Assembly: GCA_002633005.1 (NCBI GenBank)
Contig: NMRA01000623.1
Coordinates: forward strand, 62,001 to 126,000
Source of the DNA: Phoronis australis
Lineage: Eukaryota; Animalia; Phoronida
Reading direction: 5' to 3'
DNA: 64,000 nt
Shown here: positions 51,193-64,000 of the stretch, one piece after another
How the letters are laid out: every line of letters begins with the position of its first letter
Numbering within the stretch: position 1 is the first letter of the stretch
Program-made: the position numbers and the translations under genes
Notes under the pieces: generated by a model
Database searches by the model: none
What the model was told of the DNA's origin: nothing
What the model saw: only the letters and a program-made list of their open reading frames with translations

Positions 51193-52758
51193 AAACAAGA
51201 CTATACGTGGAGCGTTGAAATGCGCCCACGACAGCAATGCAAACAGTATGCTGAGGGGTGGACCGAAGGCGTATTAACGTGTACACACTAGACGGCACAG
51301 TATACGTCAAATACATCCCAAAATGGATAGATGCTATCACCATCTTAGCAAAACTTGTTTATCACATTCCAATAAAAACTGTCAAAGTACTCTGAAGATA
51401 CAGATGCAAACGTAAAAATGAAATTTGCCACTTGGAGGTACAGCAGTAGTCAGAGCCGTCCAAAAGTCTTAGGTAGCAGCAGTAGTTACGTTTATGATAT
51501 AAAACTAATTCTTGCAAAATTTTACAAAGAACTTTCAAATGAGTAAGGCGACACAGTCGACGATCGAAGCAAAAGACAAAATTCGCCACCAGGAAGCGTC
51601 ACAGTTGTACATCCGTCCACAAATCAGCGTCTTCTTATCATGAACCAAAAAGACACTTGAAAAATAAAAAGGCATTAGATGATGCAACAATACACCAAAC
51701 CCATAAGAAAAAGGAAGACAGTCGTCACCTCCATCGAGTGAACTCCGAAAGGGCAAACGAAAACAACTAAAACTGCCACTAGAGGGCCCAATGGTAGTCG
51801 AATTTGTCTGAACGTGTCGTAAGTTGTCAGCTCCATAGGAGCACGTCTGCAGCTGTAGACGGAAAAACACAATTAGGGGCGTCATCGTCCAAATATCAAC
51901 GTCAGACGTGGCCTCCTAATCAGAAACACATCTGCCTGCCAATTTATCCTTCAAGCAGTTTGGCAGATAAGATGGGCGTCAAAAATGGACTTGAAACTGT
52001 TAAAAATCTCCACTAGGAGGCGCACAATACGCAAAATCTGTCCGAAAATGGAAAGGCATTGTCGGCACCTTAATAGAAACCTATTTGACAAGTTCCATAA
52101 AAATCCATCAGTGAACACAGGAAAACGTAAAAAATAAAATTGCGCTACAAGGGGCACACCAATCGTTGGATTTTGCTGTCGTCATCTGTTGACAACTCCA
52201 TAGAAACACATCTGTCAAATTTCACGAGGTTCCTGCGCAGGGTTAGGAAATACAGCCGTGAACGCAAAGTGAAACTCCACTAAGGGGTGTCAGAGTAGTC
52301 AAAGACGCCCGAAAATGATCATCAAGAAAAATGACCCGCCAATTTTCATAACAATCCTTCCAGCGGTTTCGCAGATGAGAGAGGCAGATGCCAAAACAAA
52401 CTCGACAATTTTAATAAACGGCCACTAGGTGACTCAGAAAAGTGTCAAAAACGTGGGAAATGTAAAGGTGTTGTCGCCTTCATAAGAGGAAGCTATCTGT
52501 CAAATTTTATGAAAACCCATCCAAGAATTGCGAAGATACAGAGGCAATCATAAAAAATTAATTTCCACAAAGGGGCATAGCTGTAGTCGGATCAGTCCGA
52601 AAGTTGTCGTCATCCCTCGCCAGCTTCATAAGAACACGCCTGCCAAATCTCATAAAAATCCTGTGAGGGGTTTAGGAGATACAGCTGCGGATGCCGGATG
52701 CCCAGATGGAGATAACGGCAATATGCATCCACATATGAATATGTGGGCGCACAAAAAA
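51193..52758 (+). mobile_element. HINE/DINE-like element of the same family (apparently complete, about 1.57 kb)
   Basis: 5' aaacaaga...gagcgttgaaatgcgcccac (sub-terminal IR at 51221-51229), internal ccactag-containing subunits, and 3' hairpin tgcatccacata-tgaa-tatgtgggcgcacaaaaaa. Confidence 0.62.
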
Positions 52759-52795
52759 GCTGAAGGGCTAGAGACCTGAATCAGTGTTTAGCAGT

Positions 52796-52869
52796 GTACC
52801 CCAAAGGAACTCAACCCACGACTTTGTACACTGGAAGCACTAAACAGTTATCCCACTACGCCAAGCTGC
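52796..52869 (-). mobile_element. tRNA-derived SINE head or degenerate tRNA-like relic
   Basis: Minus strand gcagcttggcgtagtgggataac...aagtcgtgggttgagttcctttggggtac has A-box-like TGGCGTAGTGG and B-box-like GGTTGAGTTCC at Pol III spacing. No clean cloverleaf. Confidence 0.35.
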
Positions 52870-53696
52870 TTCCTTTATCTCAAGCTGCCAATATTCTGTA
52901 ATGACTGATGATAACCAATGTTATAGTCCTGTCACCTTTTTTCAGGTAAGCTCACTCCCAAAAAGCAAACTGTGTGAAAGGGTGGCATCCGAATCTATAC
53001 ACCACCATCAAAAATGGAGGTTCACTACACCAGCACTGTAACTAGAAACTATGGTTAGACTTCATAATTCCCTGGGCATGCGATAATTGGTAACTGTATA
53101 TGGGTACCCATGTCTATTATGTTTGTACATGACCAGAAAACCACATCAACAAGCTGCAGAAGAAAATAATAATGAACGATTACGTAATATCAAGGTATTT
53201 ATATACATGTATATTTTGAAAATATACAGCAAAGTTATAAAACATATGTATGGTAAGTGACCAGTTTTTATATTAATATTATATTATTTAAGAGCTCATT
53301 AAAACATTAAAGTAAGTAATCTATTATTTATAGAGTTTACACTTTAAACACTGGTAACCAAGCTACTCAGACAACTCAATCATCAATTTTGAACAACTGT
53401 AAAATTAACAGTTGCCCTTTCTAATAGGTAATACGCTTTGCTCTCAGGCTTCACATAAATAAATAGTGTAAATCAAGCAATATGTTGTTTATCTACAAAT
53501 GGTCATTTTGTCAACTGATTCAAAAATGAGAAAATTGCTATGTTACCAAGTAACAGTAGTTCAACAAACTACCAAAAATGAGATATTAGAGTGAGTCTAC
53601 AGTGAGAATCTATGCAAAAAATACAAATGATACCAAAATGTATATATTACAAACAGTCCAGCACAATTCATTGTCATCAACAACGTAACACACATG

Positions 53697-53821
53697 ATTT
53701 CAACCATTATACAGAGGGACCTAAGTCCTAATCATAAGATTTCAACCATTATACAGTTGGACTTAAGTCCTAATCATAAGATTTCAACCATTATACAGTG
53801 GGACTTAAGTCCTAATCATAA
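53697..53821. repeat. 42-nt tandem repeat x3 downstream of the CYFIP stop (probable 3' UTR)
   Basis: atttcaaccattatacagtgggacttaagtcctaatcataag x3. Confidence 0.85.
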
Positions 53822-54151
53822 TTATAAGTAAAAACCCATTTGCTAATCACTGTTAATGTTAACATCTTATTAAGTAAACCTAGTTCACCCATTAAATACA
53901 CAAGGCAAAGATTACTATGTTCAGCTCTCGAGGAGATAAGCAAGTATTGTAGACATCACTACAATAGCAGTTTGTACTGACAGAACTAGAATATGACGAG
54001 GGGGCCGACTAGAATGTCATGACCATAGGGGAAGGGGAACAGGCCACCTGGGTCCAGTCTAAATCCCTCTATGTACAACATTTAAGGATGTTGCAAACAG
54101 GAGTTCAATCATTGCATTGGAAGAGTGCAGGAGGGGGGTGGAAGTAGGGAG

Positions 54152-63087
<8,936 letters not shown>

Positions 63088-63739
63088 CTACAAAGTAGCA
63101 CAGCTTTTATTAATGTAACAGTCTTAAAAAGACACTTCCAAAACACTTAATAATAAAACATAAAACTAAACACCTTCAAGCACACTTTGAAAAGTTTAAA
63201 ACAGGGCACGAACAACAAAAGAACATCAAGCGATCATAAATTAGCCTTCTACTACAAGAAAACTTCCGATTCAGACCACTTTCATGGTCTCAAATTATTC
63301 TTTAGACAAATTGGAGGTGATTCCAGGGCTTCAAAAGAAGACAGTTTACTATTGAGTGAGATCAAGCTATGTAAAATGGTTTGTCATGGCATAACACTTT
63401 ATGTGGTGAGCATCGTCTCCAGGAATAACCAATAGCCACTTCTTTGCAAACTCAGATATCGCTTTTCATAAGAGCAAGGAAGACGTTAAGACCAATCTTA
63501 TAATGGTACGTGAAGTAAATCAAAAGTTTGCTTCATGGACAGAATGTAAGTTTATATGACTGTGCTTTTAACTTTAAACATTGACATATGTCTAGATGAC
63601 ATGATGAGATCTATTTGGTGCAGGCAGGCAAGTAGCAGTTATCCAGAGAAAGACATATAAATAGTTGCCAGGCCCAGCCATCATAACAACCAGCTTCAGT
63701 AGCAAGTTCTGTAATCATGGACCCATAACTACAATCAGC

Positions 63740-64000
63740 ATATTAACTGGACATACGTCTGCTTGAGCAGAGCCTCATATTTATTAGGTCAGCATACCTG
63801 GACATACCTCTACTTGGGTAGCCTTATATCTATTAGGTCAATGTACCTGGACATGCCTCTACTTATTAAGCAGAGTCTCGTATCTATTTAATCAGCGTAC
63901 CTGGACATGCCTCTGTTTGAGCAGTCTCGTATCTATTTAGTCAGCGTACCTGGACATGCCTCTGTTTGAGCAGAGTCTCGTATCTATTTAGTCAGCGTAC
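63740..64000 (-). repeat. About 51-nt tandem repeat copying a CYFIP exon 3' end and its donor site
   Basis: Minus-strand unit aaatagatacgagactctgctcaaacagaggcatgtccag|GTacgctgact encodes NRYETLLKQRHVQ, the CYFIP peptide directly preceding the [12 protein letters not shown] exon at 63087. GT positions are 63999-64000, 63948, 63899, 63845 and 63796. Confidence 0.88.

Overview
Eukaryotic, intron-rich, AT-rich animal genomic DNA, most likely from a marine invertebrate (species not determinable). It carries three spliced genes, all on the minus strand, which I reconstructed exon by exon. (1) Calpain-5/TRA-3 type protease: 12 coding exons, 14376-25756, about 637 aa, with one GC-AG intron. A second, 5'-truncated copy at 4779-12703 is separated from it by a single N at 13001 and is most likely the other haplotype assembled in tandem. 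(2) Cytosolic ALDH1-family aldehyde dehydrogenase: 13 exons, 35747-45658, about 488 aa. (3) The 3' part of CYFIP/Sra-1: 11 exons, 54152-63087, continuing past the window end. Introns and spacers hold MITE/foldback elements, Helentron-associated (HINE/DINE-like) elements whose internal repeats carry CTCF-like motifs, and several minisatellites. The most striking signal is a recurrent class of tandem arrays whose unit is a copy of a functional gene boundary: a splice acceptor, three splice donors and a stop-codon region. These arrays are polarized away from the exon, and the two calpain splice-site arrays differ in copy number between the two calpain copies. Most short ORFs in the supplied track are spurious or antisense to exons or repeats.
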